A program made the position numbers and the translations under genes. The notes under the pieces were generated by a model. It was not told the DNA's origin. It saw nothing but the letters and a program-made list of their open reading frames with translations, and did not search any database. Shown here piece by piece: positions 61,906-64,000 of a stretch of DNA of 64,000 nucleotides (positions within the stretch are counted from its first letter, which is position 1; each line of letters starts with the position of its first letter). Location of the stretch: assembly GCA_030704615.1 (NCBI GenBank), contig CM060734.1, positions 57,164,001-57,228,000 on the forward strand, written 5' to 3'. Source of the stretch: Takakia lepidozioides (taxonomy: Eukaryota > Plantae > Bryophyta).

Positions 61906-64000
61906 TCACCAGTAATCTCCACATGAACAAACCCCATCCTCAAAGTGGTGAAAGCAGTTGGCGTCCTGTACAACAATGGCCTGCCCAACAATCTTTGAGA
62001 TAAACTTGGTGGCAGTGCGGCTGTCAATGAATTCTGCAGGCACCAAGCAAGGCCCTCCACACCACATCATTAGCTTTCATTGGCATTCTGTTAATCAAGT
62101 CCTCTGCCTCAACTAATCGCCGCTCACGGCCAAGAAGGTCCACCATGCAGCCAAAGTGCTCCACTGCAGGAGTGATGCCATGATCTTGACTCAGAGAGTT
62201 GAAATTGTATCTGCCTTCATCCACTAGACCAGCATGACTACATGCAGAGAGAACACATATGAAGGTGATACTGTTCAGCTTCAGGCCTTCCCCTTGCATT
62301 TCTTAAGACAGTTGCAGGGCTTCCATATCACAACCATGCTGGGCATATCCTGCGATCATCGCGTTCCACAACGCCACATCTCGTTCAGCCATAGTGGCGA
62401 ACACTGCCTTTGCATCCTCAATGCTCCCACCTTTGGCATACATGTCCACCAGGGTATTGTTCAGAATGACATCTGGTACAATCCCAGCTTTGATGATGTC
62501 ACCATGGACCTCTTTGCCCTTTTCCAGGGCTGCGAGACTTGCACACGCATTACAAACACAAACAAATGTGAAATGGTTGGGCCTGACCCCTTCGCGCATC
62601 ATTTGCTCATAGGTCTCCAAAGCCTCCATCCCGCACCCATGCTGGGCATATCCTGCAATCATCGCGGTCCAGGACACCACATCTCGTTCAGCCATACTGT
62701 CAGCTTCAGGCCTTCCCCTTGCATTTCTTGAGATAGTTGCAGGGCTTCCATATCACAACCATGCTGGGCATATCCTGCGATCATCGCGTTCCATGATGCC
62801 ACATCTCGTTCAGCCATATTGTCGAACACTGCCTTTGAATCCTCAGTGCTCCCACCTTTGGCATACATGTCCACCAGGGTATTGCTCAAAATGACATCTG
62901 GTACAATCCCAGCTTTGATGATGTCACCATGGACCTCTTTGCCCTTTTCCAGAGCTGCCAGGCTCGCACACGCATTGCAAACACAAACGAATGTGACCCG
63001 GTTGGGCTTCACCCCGTCACGCATCATACCCTCATAGGTCTCCAAAGCCTCCATCCCGCACCCATGCTGGGCATATCCTGCAATCATCGAGGTCCAGGAC
63101 ACCACATCTCATTCAGCCATATTGTCAAACACTGCCTTTGCATCTTCAATGCTCCCGCCTTTTGCATACATGTCCACAAGGGTATTGTTCAAAACGACAT
63201 CTGGGACAATTCCAGCTTTGATGATGTCCCCATGGACCTCTTTGCCCTTCTCCAGAGCTGCCAGGCTCGCACACGCATTGCAAACACCAACGAATGTGAC
63301 CCGGTTGGGCTTCACCCCTTGCTGCCTCATTTGGTCATAGGTCTCCATCCCACACCCTTGATGGGGATATCCTGCAATCATCGCGTTCCAGGACACCAAA
63401 TCTCGTTCAGCCATATTGTCAAACACTGCATCCTCAATGCTGCCGCATTTGGCATACATGTCCACCAGGGCAGTGCTCAGAATGACATCTGCTACAATTC
63501 CAGCTTTGATGATGTCACCATGAACCTCTTTGCCTTTTTTGAGGGCTGCCAGACTTGCACACGCATTGCAAACGCACACAAATGTGATGTGGTTGGGCTT
63601 CACCCCTTCCCGCATCACTTGATCATATGTCTCCAAAGCATTCTTCCCACACCCATGCTTGGTAAATCCTGCAATCATTACATTCCCCGTGATCAAACCT
63701 CGTCCAGGCATGTTGTTGAATACTTGGTGTGCATCCACAATGCTCCCACATTTAACATGCATGTTCAGAAGGGTGTTGTGTAGAAAAACGTTTGGCTTAA
63801 ATCCACTTTGGATAACGTGAGAATGAACCTGTTTCCGGCTTCCAGGCCTTCCATCTTGATGCACTTACGCAAGAGACAGACATAAGTATCTGAATCCGCT
63901 GAAATGCCTCCGTGGTTCAACATTTGGAGAGCCTCTTTCAGTTGCCCTGCCTCACATAGCGTCCTCACATGCCCAGAAGTGGCAGAAGAGATATTGTGGA
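61906..64000 (-). pseudogene. PPR-DYW pseudogene (continues beyond the window)
   Basis: PLS triplets with frameshifts and stops (~63840, 63109, 62700, 62303); P2 motif duplicated; E2 and most of DYW deleted after CRIH; terminal [14 protein letters not shown] retained, followed by the family 3' trailer. Confidence 0.9.

Overview
Eukaryotic nuclear DNA, most likely from a non-seed land plant (bryophyte- or lycophyte/fern-like; this is inferred from gene and TE content). Host genes: the 3' end of a dolichol kinase, a SURP/RS/CCCH gene, and a cluster of PLS-class DYW-PPR (C-to-U RNA-editing-type) genes. The cluster has two apparently intact copies (7140-11762, 22990-27893) and at least three pseudogene copies. 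Their small upstream exons encode 2-3 OSB-type 'PDF' ssDNA-binding motifs, each split by a phase-0 intron and spliced in frame to the PPR-E-DYW exon. The centre (30.6-51.6 kb) is a five-level nested TE stack: a CRE-like RLE retrotransposon contains a MULE-like element (9-bp TSD), which contains a Ty3/Gypsy element, which contains a non-autonomous Pack-CACTA (3-bp TSD) carrying scrambled PDF/PPR gene fragments, which contains a tRNA-like SINE. The Gypsy polyprotein encodes a complete C5 DNA-methyltransferase domain between protease and RT and a PHD finger after integrase. Other LINEs, a second CACTA end, an hAT-type element and tandem arrays make up much of the rest. Best candidates for novelty: the PDF-PPR-DYW fusion family and the DNMT+PHD Gypsy element.
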